DNA of 64,000 nt, taken from contig JAOAAU010000147.1 in the NCBI GenBank assembly GCA_026418695.1, forward strand, positions 20,484-84,483, in the 5' to 3' direction. Below, piece by piece: positions 20,626 through 31,679 of the stretch. Numbering within the stretch: position 1 is the stretch's first letter; each line of letters opens with the position of its first letter. A program made the position numbers and the translations under genes. Source of the stretch: Clostridia bacterium. GTDB taxonomy: Bacteria; Bacillota; Clostridia; Acetivibrionales; JAFADI01. Below the pieces are notes generated by a model that did not search any database, was not told the DNA's origin, and saw nothing but the letters and a program-made list of their open reading frames with translations.

Positions 20626-22230
20626 TTATATCTTCCTAAAATCATTCACACTGACTCCGGTAAACTTTTTAAAAAGAATGCTGAAGTAGTGAGGGTCAGC
20701 AATTCCAACCATTTCTCCCACCTGGTACACCTTCATATCCGTTTCCTTCAGCAGTCTTACAGCCTTTTCCATTCTCATCTTGGTGATATACTCCACAAAG
20801 GTTTGCTGGGTTTCCTGCTTAAAGAGCCGGCTCAGGTGACTCGGGCTGATGAAGAACTCCTTGGCCACACCGGATAATGACAGTTCGGATTCATGGATAT
20901 TCTTTTGAATATGTTCAAGGATTTGATTGATCAACTTGTTCGCCTTTTTTTCGTTGGAACTGTGAATTTTATCTATGATATTGGAAACCAGGCTTCTCAA
21001 GTAATCTTTTAATTCAGGCAGATTATCTATTTTGGAGATTTCACTATACGGCTGTGTGTTATCGCCCCATAGTTCCGCGGTACTGATATTCAATTCTAAA
21101 ACTGCGTGCTGGCAGGCCAGCAGGATATCAAAAGCTTCAAGCCGAATCTTATCGACGGCATTATTCCGGCAGTAAAAGAATTCCGGAAGCGTTTCGTCGA
21201 TAAATTCGGAAGCCTTGTCCTTGATTCCTGTCTTGATATAAAAGTTCAGCTTTTCAATTTTATTGGGATTCACCCGCCATTGACTGTCCGTGTTGAAATT
21301 AATGTCGTTATAGTTTACCACCTGGTTTTTCCCGACGACAACTTTATAGTTTAAAGCATCGCAGGCCTCACTGTAAGAAAGTTTGATATTGCTGAGGCCA
21401 TTGACCTTATTTCCGATCCCTATGGATATAAAGCACTTGCATTTATTGATGATGCATATTTTCACCATTTCACAGCAATCCGTAAGATCAAGTTCCTCAT
21501 TGTTACTCAGTATTACGATCTTTCCGGCGTAATCGTAAAACACGGTAACATACTCATCTTCCCGGAAGGTTTGCCGGATAATATCCGCACATTGGATGTC
21601 CAGCAGAATCTTTTGCTCTTCTCCTTCAACAACGTCTTTAAAGGAACTGCTTACTTCAACAACAGCGATTTGAAAAACATCAGTTCCAGGATTCAAACCG
21701 ATCTTAAAATAATTCAGCCTTTTTGATATCTCATCTTGATTCAGTTCACTTTGCAGTAATTCATTCAGAACCTTCTCCCTGATATAAGGCAGACTTTCCT
21801 CCAACTGAAGCTTCAGCTTATCATACTCATGTTTATGAGTTCTTTGGGATTCAATTTTCTCTTTCAGGTCCAGAGCTACCTTTTTAATTTCCACCTTGTT
21901 GATTGGCTTCAACAGGAAATCAGAAATCCCCAGCTTTATGCTCCTTTTGGCATATTCAAATTCGTCATGGCCGGTAACAATGACAATTTTTATGTGAGGA
22001 TATTTCTCTATCACGATTTTGCTGAATTCGATTCCATCCATGAAAGGCATGCAGATATCCGTAAATATAATATCCGGGATGATGCTATCTACCAGTTCCA
22101 GGGCTTCCTTGGCACTGGCAGCCTCTCCGGCGATCTCCATTCCGATCTCTTCCCAGTCGATCCGCATTTTCAACAGATTTCTGATAAGGTGTTCGTCATC
22201 TACAATGAGTACTTTGAGTTGATCAGTCAT
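20626..22230 (-). CDS. YesN-type response regulator (REC + AraC HTH)
   Basis: VDDE...FTDICMP...LLKP receiver; C-terminal AraC (DPHYFSILFKK). Confidence 0.92.
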   Translation of the reverse strand: MTDQLKVLIVDDEHLIRNLLKMRIDWEEIGMEIAGEAASAKEALELVDSIIPDIIFTDICMPFMDGIEFSKIVIEKYPHIKIVIVTGHDEFEYAKRSIKLGISDFLLKPINKVEIKKVALDLKEKIESQRTHKHEYDKLKLQLEESLPYIREKVLNELLQSELNQDEISKRLNYFKIGLNPGTDVFQIAVVEVSSSFKDVVEGEEQKILLDIQCADIIRQTFREDEYVTVFYDYAGKIVILSNNEELDLTDCCEMVKICIINKCKCFISIGIGNKVNGLSNIKLSYSEACDALNYKVVVGKNQVVNYNDINFNTDSQWRVNPNKIEKLNFYIKTGIKDKASEFIDETLPEFFYCRNNAVDKIRLEAFDILLACQHAVLELNISTAELWGDNTQPYSEISKIDNLPELKDYLRSLVSNIIDKIHSSNEKKANKLINQILEHIQKNIHESELSLSGVAKEFFISPSHLSRLFKQETQQTFVEYITKMRMEKAVRLLKETDMKVYQVGEMVGIADPHYFSILFKKFTGVSVNDFRKI

Positions 22231-24046
22231 GATTTGCCTCCTTTATCACCTTTACCGGAATCGAAATGATAATTTTTGTTCCTTCTCCCGGCTTGCTATT
22301 CATCTGGAAACAATCTTCCACCCCGTAGAATATTCTTAATCGTTCGATCGTACCCCTCAATCCGAAGCTAGCTGCATCGACACCGAGATCGCTCTCCATG
22401 ATTTTTCGGATATCTTCTTCACTCATTCCTGCACCATCATCCTCAACCGAGATGTAAATGTGATCCTCAGAATACTTTGTTGATATTCGGATAATTCCAT
22501 TTCCGCCTTTGGCTCTAATTCCATGGTACAGTGCGTTTTCTACAAGAGGCTGCAAAACAAGCTTGAGAATTTTAAATTGGTTGCATCTTTCATCTGTATC
22601 AAATTCAACAGTGAACATATTTTCATAACGTACCTGCTGTATTTTCAAGTAGCTTTTCACCATTTCAATCTCCTCGGCGATGGTGATTACTTCTTTCCCC
22701 TTGCTTAAACTGAGCCGGTAATAACTTCCCAGTGCATCTACAACGTCGCAAACTTCCTCTGTCTTTCCCGATAACGCCAGAGAGTTGATGGAATCCAAGG
22801 TGTTGTAAAGAAAATGAGGCTTTATTTGCGCCTGAAGCACATTCAGCTCCGCTTTTCGCTTTACGCGCTGTTCTTCAATAACACGCCTGATCAGTTCCCG
22901 GATCTGTCCAATCATAATATTGTATCCGTCTCTCAGCTTCCCGATTTCATCATCCCCCGCCTGGATATCCACCGTATTAAACTCACCCTTTTCCACGCCT
23001 TTCATGGACTTGAGCAGCTTCTTAATGGGAATGGTGATCATTCTGGAGATAAATATGGAGCCTAAAAACAGGATAAAGCTGTTAATTACGATAATTGCAA
23101 AACCCACCAGGCTGGATGCGGTTGTCTCATTGGACAACTCCTTGATCGGTATGATGCTGATAATTTTCCAGTTGTATTTTTTCTCTACAAGATAGGAAAC
23201 CAGTACCTCCCTGCCGTTTAGCTTCTCCTTCCGGAAGCCGTGCTCGTTATTTCCGAAGCCCTTGACCAGGCTGCTGATCTCTTCCTTGCTGAAATCACTT
23301 AACTTAATGATGCTGTCATTGTTTTCATCCAGAATGGTAATACTTGTGGCATAGTTGTTGACGATATTGGCATAGGATTCTTTAAACGCCGCTTCCGGAA
23401 TATTAATGACCAGGATCCCGATAGGTGCTGTGGTATTGATGTCCCTGATCATTCTGATCATAGAAATGAAATTGTCATCCAGCGTCCTTTCAAAGGCTCC
23501 TCCTCCATTCAAGCGAAGGATATAAGCGCCCCTTCCGCTGGCAACCGGACCATACCATCCTGTTTCCATGACTTTGATGGGAACAAATCTATAATCATTT
23601 TGATTGCTGACGGAATACTCCTTTCCGTTCATATCAAATACATAAATTGAAGAGATTGCGGGAGTTTCCTGGATCAGCTTGTTCAAATAAGCGCTGACCC
23701 TTTCCTGGGCATTCAAGTCATAATAGATATCCCCGTTCCTCAGCAGGTATTGGATATCATTATCGGATAAAATCATCTTGGAATAGCTGTTGATATTATT
23801 GATCATCAAATTGAGATTGGCCTTGATGGAATACAGCGTCTGAACGGAAACATCACTGACCTTATTCAGCGCAATATTGGAGTATATTTTCTGATAAAGA
23901 AAGTTACTTAACGTAATAGAAGCAATCAGCAGCAAAAAATAGAAGAGTGTAAATTTAATACTGATTTTAAGATCCGCAAACCTCTTCTCAACGCTTTTAT
24001 AGCAAGCACTTAGTTTTTGCTCCAGCACCTCATACATAATATTCAT
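22223..24046 (-). CDS. YesM/LytS-type sensor histidine kinase (Cache-HAMP-His_kinase)
   Basis: Two TM; LQAQIKPHFLYNTL, QPLVENA, EDDGAG. Confidence 0.92.
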   Translation of the reverse strand: MNIMYEVLEQKLSACYKSVEKRFADLKISIKFTLFYFLLLIASITLSNFLYQKIYSNIALNKVSDVSVQTLYSIKANLNLMINNINSYSKMILSDNDIQYLLRNGDIYYDLNAQERVSAYLNKLIQETPAISSIYVFDMNGKEYSVSNQNDYRFVPIKVMETGWYGPVASGRGAYILRLNGGGAFERTLDDNFISMIRMIRDINTTAPIGILVINIPEAAFKESYANIVNNYATSITILDENNDSIIKLSDFSKEEISSLVKGFGNNEHGFRKEKLNGREVLVSYLVEKKYNWKIISIIPIKELSNETTASSLVGFAIIVINSFILFLGSIFISRMITIPIKKLLKSMKGVEKGEFNTVDIQAGDDEIGKLRDGYNIMIGQIRELIRRVIEEQRVKRKAELNVLQAQIKPHFLYNTLDSINSLALSGKTEEVCDVVDALGSYYRLSLSKGKEVITIAEEIEMVKSYLKIQQVRYENMFTVEFDTDERCNQFKILKLVLQPLVENALYHGIRAKGGNGIIRISTKYSEDHIYISVEDDGAGMSEEDIRKIMESDLGVDAASFGLRGTIERLRIFYGVEDCFQMNSKPGEGTKIIISIPVKVIKEANHD

Positions 24047-24100
24047 TTCCTATTCATTAAGTAAACTTATTTCCATTATAATGTAAATACTACTGGTAGT

Positions 24101-24145
24101 AAAGAAAACAAACGACTCCTTCGATTCGCTTTCGAAGAAGCCGTT
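24101..24145 (-). terminator. Rho-independent terminator
   Basis: Minus strand AACGGCTTCTTCGA...TCGAAGGAGTCGTT (with G-U pairs) followed by TGTTTTCTTT. Confidence 0.7.
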
Positions 24146-24180
24146 CTCTTTTTGAGATGCTTGTTAATGCTTCTCTCCGG

Positions 24181-25095
24181 CTATTCTTTCACACTTCCCA
24201 CACTCAACCCAACGACAAAATGCTTCTGTAGGAACGGGTATACCAACAGGATGGGTGTGGAAGCAACAATGGTGATTGCTGCGCGAATAGAGATCGGGGT
24301 CACCAGGTTCCTTGCAGTTTGCGCATCAACCCCCACAGCATTGGCCATTGCAGGATTATTGTTTGTCTGCGTTGCCGAAGCCAGGAGCTTCATCAGCTCA
24401 TACTGAAGCGTGCTTAATTCTTGCCGTCCTGAGCAGTATAAAAATGTATCAAACCAGGAATTCCAGGAACCGACAGCGACAAACAGAGCAACAGTGGCCA
24501 AGACCGGCATGCAAAGCGGAAATATGATCTGCATGAAAATTCTGAAATCACCGGCACCATCAATCTTTGCCGACTCAGCCAGGCTGTCGGGAAGAGTTCG
24601 GATATAGGTCCTGATTACAATAAGATTGAACGCAGCTACCAGTGAAGGGACAACATAGACAAGGAAGTTGTTCATAAGGTGTAAATCCCTGATCAGCAGG
24701 TAGTTGGGGATGATCCCGGCGTTGAAGTACATGGTCATCACAAATACGACTGTAATAAACTTCCGGAAAACATATTCCCTCCTGCTTAAAGTGTATGCCA
24801 ACATGGTAGTAAAGAAAATGTTCAATACCGTTGCAAGCACAGTTCTTGCTACGGATATGAAAAACGCGTTGAAGACAGTCCCTGTGATAAATACCGCTTT
24901 ATAGTTCTGAAGTGAAAAGACTCTCGGCCAAAGGTATATCCCTCCGCGTATGGTGTCCATCCCGTCATTGAAGGATACTGCAATGGTGTTTATGAAAGGG
25001 TAAAGCGTTACAACCGCAAGCAGCAGCATAAAAACAGTATTGAATAGATTAAAAGCCATGTCCCCAATATTGATCCTTTTTATACTCTTTATCAT
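24181..25095 (-). CDS. Carbohydrate ABC permease
   Basis: ESAKIDGAGD; YPFLQKHFVVGLSVGSVKE. Confidence 0.92.
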   Translation of the reverse strand: MIKSIKRINIGDMAFNLFNTVFMLLLAVVTLYPFINTIAVSFNDGMDTIRGGIYLWPRVFSLQNYKAVFITGTVFNAFFISVARTVLATVLNIFFTTMLAYTLSRREYVFRKFITVVFVMTMYFNAGIIPNYLLIRDLHLMNNFLVYVVPSLVAAFNLIVIRTYIRTLPDSLAESAKIDGAGDFRIFMQIIFPLCMPVLATVALFVAVGSWNSWFDTFLYCSGRQELSTLQYELMKLLASATQTNNNPAMANAVGVDAQTARNLVTPISIRAAITIVASTPILLVYPFLQKHFVVGLSVGSVKE

Positions 25096-25106
25096 GCTTC
25101 CGCCCC

Positions 25107-26072
25107 CTATATCAATCTTTCTTCCCCGATTTTTTTTGCCGTATAGTTCGCCATTAGCAACAGGATAATGTTTGCGATACTTTTAAAGATGCCGGCTGCC
25201 GTACCCAGCGAATAATTTCCGTTTCCAATTCCATATCGTAGAACGAATATATCGATCGTATCCGACCAATCCAAAACCATGCCGTTTCTCAGCAGGTACT
25301 GTGCTTCAAAGCCGGAATTCAGGATATTTCCGATGCTCATGATCAAAAGGACCATAATGGTAGGCCTGATTCCCTGAAGTGTGATATACCTCATTTTATG
25401 AAACCGATTGGCACCGTCTATTTCGGCAGCTTCGTACAAGGCAGGATCAATTGCGGCAATTGCTGCTAAATAGATGATCGTATTCCAGCCTACTTCCTTC
25501 CAAACATTGGCTGCTCCAATGACACCCCAGAAATACTCCCCTTTGCTCAGCCACAGAATGGGTGCATCAATGATATGCAGCTTCATCAGGACCTCATTTA
25601 CAATTCCTCCTTCTGTTGAAAGGCAGGTCTGAACAATACTCGCTACGATAACCCAGGAGAGGAAGTGGGGCAGGTAGGATATGGTCTGTATGGTTCTTTT
25701 AAACAACATGTTTTTTAATTCATTCAGCAGCAAGGCCAGGATGATGGCTGTTACAAAGCTTAGCACAAGATTGATTACGCTCATTGCGATGGTATTCCTG
25801 AGCATTCTGATAAACCGCTCATCTGTAAATAAAAATTCAAACTGCTTGAATCCAACCCACTGCTGCTCAAAAATCCCTTTGGCAGGCGTATAGCTCTGAA
25901 AAGCGGTAAGCCAGCCCCAAAGCGGAGCGTATGAAAACAAAAGGATATATAATAAAAACGGAAACGACATGAATATCAGCTGCTTCTGATGCACGATCGT
26001 CTTCCAGCTTATTCTCATTTTTGGATTGGATACTTCAAGGATATTTTCAGTTCTTAACTTGATGTTTGGCAT
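25107..26072 (-). CDS. Carbohydrate ABC permease
   Basis: SYLPHFLSWVIV; LYEAAEIDGA. Confidence 0.92.
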   Translation of the reverse strand: MPNIKLRTENILEVSNPKMRISWKTIVHQKQLIFMSFPFLLYILLFSYAPLWGWLTAFQSYTPAKGIFEQQWVGFKQFEFLFTDERFIRMLRNTIAMSVINLVLSFVTAIILALLLNELKNMLFKRTIQTISYLPHFLSWVIVASIVQTCLSTEGGIVNEVLMKLHIIDAPILWLSKGEYFWGVIGAANVWKEVGWNTIIYLAAIAAIDPALYEAAEIDGANRFHKMRYITLQGIRPTIMVLLIMSIGNILNSGFEAQYLLRNGMVLDWSDTIDIFVLRYGIGNGNYSLGTAAGIFKSIANIILLLMANYTAKKIGEERLI

Positions 26073-26108
26073 AGGATCTCCCCCATTAAGCTACAAATCT
26101 TTGTATAA

Positions 26109-26142
26109 ACGGAAGGTACGCTCTCTTGAGCATACCTTCCGT
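26109..26142 (-). other. Intra-operonic stem-loop between SBP and permease genes
   Basis: 15-bp stem ACGGAAGGTA(T)GCTC / GAGC(G)TACCTTCCGT with one G-U pair on the minus-strand transcript. Confidence 0.65.
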
Positions 26143-26404
26143 AAAATCCCTTACAAATTATGTATGATAAATATCTTATCTGAGAAGAGTTATTGGTGAG
26201 GGAAATCTTCACTTGACCCAAAAGGAATACCTCTGAAAAAAGTGCAACCAAGGTCAGGGGACACTCCTCTCTGAATATTTTGTATTCCTTTTGCGTTGAG
26301 GAATGTCCCCAATAGAATTCTATGGAGACGTTTCCCCCGTACAGCAGCTTTTCGATGCAATTGAAGATTTCATGAGGCAATAGCTCTTCTCAAACCTTTA
26401 GATG

Positions 26405-28114
26405 TTATTTGACCGACCAGTTCTTAATCCTCCACTGGATTTGCTCATTGATCCTGTCTTCATAGGATTTGACATCTGATTTCCTGATCTCTCCGACATA
26501 TTCGTTCCAAGCCTTTTCAAAGTCTGCAGGCTTTGCCAGGATTACCTTCGGCAGATACTTCAAAGCCAAGTCATCCAGTTTTTTGTCCTGAACCTTCGCT
26601 GGTGAACCGTCCGGGAGAAGGATTTGCCATGCCGGATAGAATACCGGATTTTCCGGTGCCGGTGCGAAGAAATCCGCCCAAGTCTTATATCCGTATGCTC
26701 CCAAAAACTCTTTGTCGTACGGTTCCAAATTGTTGTAGAAATCCTCCGGCTGGTTTCCTGGATTTGCTGCATTTCCGTCACTTAGAACGTCGGTAACTTC
26801 GATCTTGGGAGAGATATCCCACAAGTCGAAGGCCATGTTTGCCAATCTCCAGGCATTATCTAGATACTGAGCCTTTTGTTCTTTTGATTTGTGGAATCGG
26901 CCTTTATCATCCACGGTATAATCGATATCCTTTTCTCCCCACTGTAAAAGGATCTGCCACTCTTCAGTCACCAATGCATCCAGAACCTTAAGTACTCTGA
27001 CAGGATCTTTACATTTGGTGCTGATTCCCCAACCGTTCATCAGGTTCGGAAGCGGCCGGTCCATATACCATTCCTGGATGCTTGAATCAAATACAACCGG
27101 GCATGCTACATACATTCTTTCAAACTTTTTCTGAGTATGTAAGGACTCCTGTGCAAGACCGAAATTCCATCTCTGGTCAAACATCCCCAATACCCTTCCG
27201 GTCGAAAGCTTCTGAATGTATTGGTCATACGTTAATACAAAGGTTTCTCTGTCGATCAGCCCCTGTGCATTCATTTCATTGAGTTTTTGATAATATCTTT
27301 TAGCATAGTCCTTGTCGGCAAAAATCTCAGCTTTGCCTGTCTTTGGATCTACGACGACATTACCGTCGTTCGGGTGTCCGATCAAATGCTGCGGAGCATT
27401 CTTCAGGCAGAAATCTCTCCACTCATGGCTGAGAATTTCAAACCCGATGGTTGGCTGTCCGTCAATGGTTGGGTATTTCTCCTTGTACTTCTTGATCAAA
27501 TCAAAATATTCATCCAGGGTTTTTACTTTTGGATATCCAAATTCCTTGAGGACAGCTTTCTGGATATAGAATGCAGGTCCCATGAATTCAGTAAGCTGCT
27601 GTTTGGTTTTAACAATTCCGTAATTGGGCAGTAAGTAAATGTGACCATCATCCGGATCCTTTATCTTGTTCCAATCTTTTTCATAATGCTTCTTGAGGTT
27701 GGGAGCATGTTTCTCAATAAGGTCTTCCAAAGGTATGTAGGTTTTTGCCGAAACAAACTTCTGATGTCCGGAAACCAAATCCGGATAATCTCCTCCGGCA
27801 ACCATTACACCAATCTTTTGTTCCAGATCTCCAACAAGAAAATCGAATTTAAAGGTAGCACCCAGTTTGTCCTTAATCTTTTTATAGATTCGGTTGTCCG
27901 CTGTCGGTGCCTGGCCGGGCCTTCCTATAAATGCAGCAATCTCAATGGGTTTCGAGCTGTTATCCGTTGAGGTATCCGTGGTTTTGGTTTCAGTGCTTGC
28001 TGTCTCCTTTTTCTCCTGGGTGTTGTTGCTTCCGCCACATCCCGTTAAGACCATGCAAACTGCCAGCATAAGTGCCATGCCTGTTAAGAACAGCCTTCTT
28101 ACTCTCTTTGTCAT
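26405..28114 (-). CDS. Oligosaccharide ABC transporter solute-binding lipoprotein
   Basis: Lipobox LTGC, MVAGGDYPDL; first gene of the ABC operon. Confidence 0.9.
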   Translation of the reverse strand: MTKRVRRLFLTGMALMLAVCMVLTGCGGSNNTQEKKETASTETKTTDTSTDNSSKPIEIAAFIGRPGQAPTADNRIYKKIKDKLGATFKFDFLVGDLEQKIGVMVAGGDYPDLVSGHQKFVSAKTYIPLEDLIEKHAPNLKKHYEKDWNKIKDPDDGHIYLLPNYGIVKTKQQLTEFMGPAFYIQKAVLKEFGYPKVKTLDEYFDLIKKYKEKYPTIDGQPTIGFEILSHEWRDFCLKNAPQHLIGHPNDGNVVVDPKTGKAEIFADKDYAKRYYQKLNEMNAQGLIDRETFVLTYDQYIQKLSTGRVLGMFDQRWNFGLAQESLHTQKKFERMYVACPVVFDSSIQEWYMDRPLPNLMNGWGISTKCKDPVRVLKVLDALVTEEWQILLQWGEKDIDYTVDDKGRFHKSKEQKAQYLDNAWRLANMAFDLWDISPKIEVTDVLSDGNAANPGNQPEDFYNNLEPYDKEFLGAYGYKTWADFFAPAPENPVFYPAWQILLPDGSPAKVQDKKLDDLALKYLPKVILAKPADFEKAWNEYVGEIRKSDVKSYEDRINEQIQWRIKNWSVK

Positions 28115-28250
28115 TCTGTAATCCCCCCATTATTATTTGGAACTATCCAAGTGGAACTATCTATATTGTAAATTCCATACAGGGTTTTTCAATTTCTCAA
28201 ACTAAAGGTATACCCCCCAAAAATTTAAGTTGTTGTTAAAAACCCAAGTC

Positions 28251-29849
28251 TTAGGATTTAAGTCTTTGCTTATAATCCACCGGCTTCATCCCAGTGTATT
28301 TCTCAAAATGCTGGAGAAAACCCAGATATGTGTTATAGCCCAATGCTGCAGCGACCTCATGAGATTTCAGCGTGGTGGTGGCTAAAAGCTTTTTAGCCTC
28401 TTCTATCCGCAATTGATGAATATACTCATTCAGCCGGACTCCAAATTTCCGGCTGAACAGCTGTCCGAGATATACAGGGTGCATATAGAGTTTTTTGGAT
28501 ATTTCCACAATGGTGAGGTTTCTTTTAAAGTTTTCCTTTACATATTCCTGAATTTTATAGACAGTATCGTTCAGGTTTCTTTGGTTCAAGCGCTGTATAT
28601 ATTCGCAGCAGTCCATGCAATAATCCGTAAGTAAGTCCTTGAATTCTTCAATCGTTATTTTTCTCTCCCACTGAGAAACCGGGTGCTTTTTGAGCACTTC
28701 CAAAGGACTGCCATTTGTTTTTCTGATGATGGCAAAGCTATGGTAAACAATCTGCACAACAAGCATTCGGACAACCTCCGGAGCAAGCCATACGGATTTA
28801 AAATATGAAAACATGGAGTTCAGAGAATCGATTAACCTTGAAACATTCATCTCCTCCAGCGCCTCTATTACATGGTTGACTTCATCGAGTTTTTCAAGCA
28901 TTCTGCTAAGAGACTTTTCCTTGATATAATCGTAAAAAATCACACTATTGCGTTGATTAAAGAATTTATAATACAAAGCTTGCTGTGCGGTCCGGTAAGA
29001 ATGCCGAATTGAGGCAATATTTCCAACTGCCTCACCGACTCCTATATAAAATTCAATCCCCATCGCTTTTGCAATTTCGGTCCTTAGCTTCAAGAGCAAG
29101 CACTCAATTTCCTTACAGTCCTGGGAAGACTCTCGGATATCCATCACGATTCCACAGGAGTAAAAGCTGCATTCAATCATATAAGCCCGGAAGTAGTCTC
29201 GCAGCACCTGATCCATGATATTTTTTAAGCTTTCATCCTCACCCTGCTGCTCCTGAATATGGATTGCTTCATGTTTTAGGTGGTGGCTGATGAAAGAGCA
29301 ACAGTTTTCAAGGCGGACATATCGCCATACCGATACCGTTCTGAGGTCATCCGCAAATGCTTCCATCTGATCTGACTCATCCGGACTATATGTTCCCAGT
29401 AACAGTTCATGTATTATAGCGCAACAATCTTCCTTTGCTTTCCCATATCTTGACCTTTGCAGTTTCTCTTCCTCCTCAAATTTCCGGGATATTTTGTGTA
29501 GGATTTCTGACAGTTCATCCCCAAAAACAGGCTTTAGAAGATAGTAATTGACGCCATACTGCAAAGCCCTTTTCGCATATTCAAATTCACTGTAGCCGCT
29601 CATAATCACAAATTCGACTTTGTGCTCTGTATGCTTCCACACATGTTCTATCAGGTCCAAACCGTTGATAACAGGCATCATGATATCCGTGATCACCAGA
29701 TGGGGCTGAAGCTTTTCGATTTGCCGGATCGCTTCTTCTCCATCCTGACAAATACCACAGATTTCATAACCAAGCTTTTCCCATTCTACCGCAAGCTTTA
29801 ACCCCTCAATGGAAAGCACCTCATCATCTACCAGCAATACCTTATACAT
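28251..29849 (-). CDS. YesN-type response regulator (REC + AraC HTH)
   Basis: VDDE...ITDIMMP...SGY...LLKP; C-terminal MHPVYLGQLF. Confidence 0.92.
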   Translation of the reverse strand: MYKVLLVDDEVLSIEGLKLAVEWEKLGYEICGICQDGEEAIRQIEKLQPHLVITDIMMPVINGLDLIEHVWKHTEHKVEFVIMSGYSEFEYAKRALQYGVNYYLLKPVFGDELSEILHKISRKFEEEEKLQRSRYGKAKEDCCAIIHELLLGTYSPDESDQMEAFADDLRTVSVWRYVRLENCCSFISHHLKHEAIHIQEQQGEDESLKNIMDQVLRDYFRAYMIECSFYSCGIVMDIRESSQDCKEIECLLLKLRTEIAKAMGIEFYIGVGEAVGNIASIRHSYRTAQQALYYKFFNQRNSVIFYDYIKEKSLSRMLEKLDEVNHVIEALEEMNVSRLIDSLNSMFSYFKSVWLAPEVVRMLVVQIVYHSFAIIRKTNGSPLEVLKKHPVSQWERKITIEEFKDLLTDYCMDCCEYIQRLNQRNLNDTVYKIQEYVKENFKRNLTIVEISKKLYMHPVYLGQLFSRKFGVRLNEYIHQLRIEEAKKLLATTTLKSHEVAAALGYNTYLGFLQHFEKYTGMKPVDYKQRLKS

Positions 29850-31661
29850 CTAAACCAGCAGCTCCTCATTTTCAGATTGATCACTTGCTAACGGTATGCG
29901 AATCCAAATGCTAGTCCCTTGGTTTTCTGCACTTTTTATATCAAAAGATATCTTATCTCCGTAATACAACTTAAGTCGCCTGTAAATATTCCTTAAACCA
30001 ATGCTTTCAGCGGTTTTTTCGGGTTTCGAAATATCAGCTAGAATCCCATTGACCCTTTCCTCAGTAATTCCGATTCCATTATCTTCGACCCTTACAACAA
30101 CGTGCTTAGCTTCAAGGCAGACTTGAACCTGAATCCGCCCAATCCCTTTGATGGTTTGAATTCCGTGTTTACAGGCATTTTCCACCAAAGGCTGGATGGT
30201 CATTTTGGGGATGATCTGCTGTGAAACCTCTCTGTCCATGTTGATCACATAGTCAAATTTCTCACCAAACCGGAACTTCTCAATCTTCAGATACATTTCT
30301 GTAAAGGTCAATTCCTCCTCTACGGTTACCAGATCATCCTTCCAGCTTAGAAGCCTTCTGAGCGTTTTGGACAGGTATTTGATCACTTCGGTAATTTCCG
30401 TATAACCATTCTTCACCGAAGTCACAAGTAGAGCATTCAGAGTATTAAACAAGAAATGCGGGTTCATCTGGCTTTGCAGGAAATTCAGTTCCGCGCGGAC
30501 TCTTTCAAGCTCAAGATCTTTTTTCTGAATTTCCAACTTGTACACATTATTGATTAAGGTATTGATTTTCGAGGCCATCCGGTTGAAACTGCGGATCAAT
30601 CCCCCGATTTCGTCCTTTCCTTCCGTCATGCTGATGAGATCAAACTGCTGGTTCTTCGCCTTTTCCATATGCTTCAACAGCTTTTTAATCCTGTAATTAT
30701 AGGACCTCAGCATGATAATCACCAGAAACGATGAAATCACGGTACTGATGATGGCTAGAAATACTACGTAGCTTCTTGCCCTGTTCATTGCCCTGACAAT
30801 GGATGTTTTATCAGCGATCCCCACCAATCTCCATCCTTTGATATATTCCGCATTTCCGAGGGCACGATCAAATAACATCTCTTTTTCCTGCTTATCACTT
30901 CGCCGTTTTAGCTCAATGTCTTTAAAAAGACCGTTTTCCAAACTTCGATTTGTAGCACAGGCAATCCGGCCTTCCGAATCCAGAAGAAACAGCTCCAGGT
31001 AAGAAGATTCCCTGTTGAATATCCAATACAGCGGTGTCAGGTTAATATCAATTTTTACAATCATATCCGTTGAATTTTCCGTTGGATAGTCATTCAGTTT
31101 CTTCAGAACGCTGATATGCTGAACATATGTGTTGACAGAATTCTCCCATGCTTCCTGGTAAGTATTCAGTATAATCTTGTTTTGATTCATCATAGCGTCT
31201 TTATACCATTGACTGCTCCGAACAGAATCATCAATATTGAAGTAACACCCTCCATTCAGTATGGTTGGGTTATTGGCGTATATTCGGAGATTTCCGATCT
31301 GACTGTATATAGGGATAAATTTTGCAAACTTTTCCCGGAGTATCCGGTCGTAGACTTCATAAAACTCACTTTCGTCCGCATATCTTCTGTCCAGCGCTTC
31401 ATACACTATCCGATCAGTAGAGATGGAATAGCTCGCGTATACGCATCCGTCGATCAATGCAATGATGTCCGATCTAGCCCGGTCCATGGAGATCCTGAGG
31501 TTTTCTTCCTCCCTTTCCCTGGCCGTATTGGACAGATTATCAAGGAATATCAGATTGATTGTAATAATCGGGACCAAAACACATAAAAGGTAAATCAAAA
31601 GAAATTTGTAATTCAATGCGATATCATTAATTCTATTTATAAATGCTCCTCGTACTTTCAT
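29850..31661 (-). CDS. YesM-type sensor histidine kinase
   Basis: LQSQMNPHFLFNTLN, QPLVENACKHG, EDNGIG. Confidence 0.92.
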   Translation of the reverse strand: MKVRGAFINRINDIALNYKFLLIYLLCVLVPIITINLIFLDNLSNTAREREEENLRISMDRARSDIIALIDGCVYASYSISTDRIVYEALDRRYADESEFYEVYDRILREKFAKFIPIYSQIGNLRIYANNPTILNGGCYFNIDDSVRSSQWYKDAMMNQNKIILNTYQEAWENSVNTYVQHISVLKKLNDYPTENSTDMIVKIDINLTPLYWIFNRESSYLELFLLDSEGRIACATNRSLENGLFKDIELKRRSDKQEKEMLFDRALGNAEYIKGWRLVGIADKTSIVRAMNRARSYVVFLAIISTVISSFLVIIMLRSYNYRIKKLLKHMEKAKNQQFDLISMTEGKDEIGGLIRSFNRMASKINTLINNVYKLEIQKKDLELERVRAELNFLQSQMNPHFLFNTLNALLVTSVKNGYTEITEVIKYLSKTLRRLLSWKDDLVTVEEELTFTEMYLKIEKFRFGEKFDYVINMDREVSQQIIPKMTIQPLVENACKHGIQTIKGIGRIQVQVCLEAKHVVVRVEDNGIGITEERVNGILADISKPEKTAESIGLRNIYRRLKLYYGDKISFDIKSAENQGTSIWIRIPLASDQSENEELLV

Positions 31662-31679
31662 TCCTTTTTCCCCCAAGCT

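Noticed and set aside
26054-26380. 108-aa minus-strand ORF in the SBP-permease spacer
   Set aside because: No convincing RBS or homology pattern, and it overlaps hairpins and the permease start.
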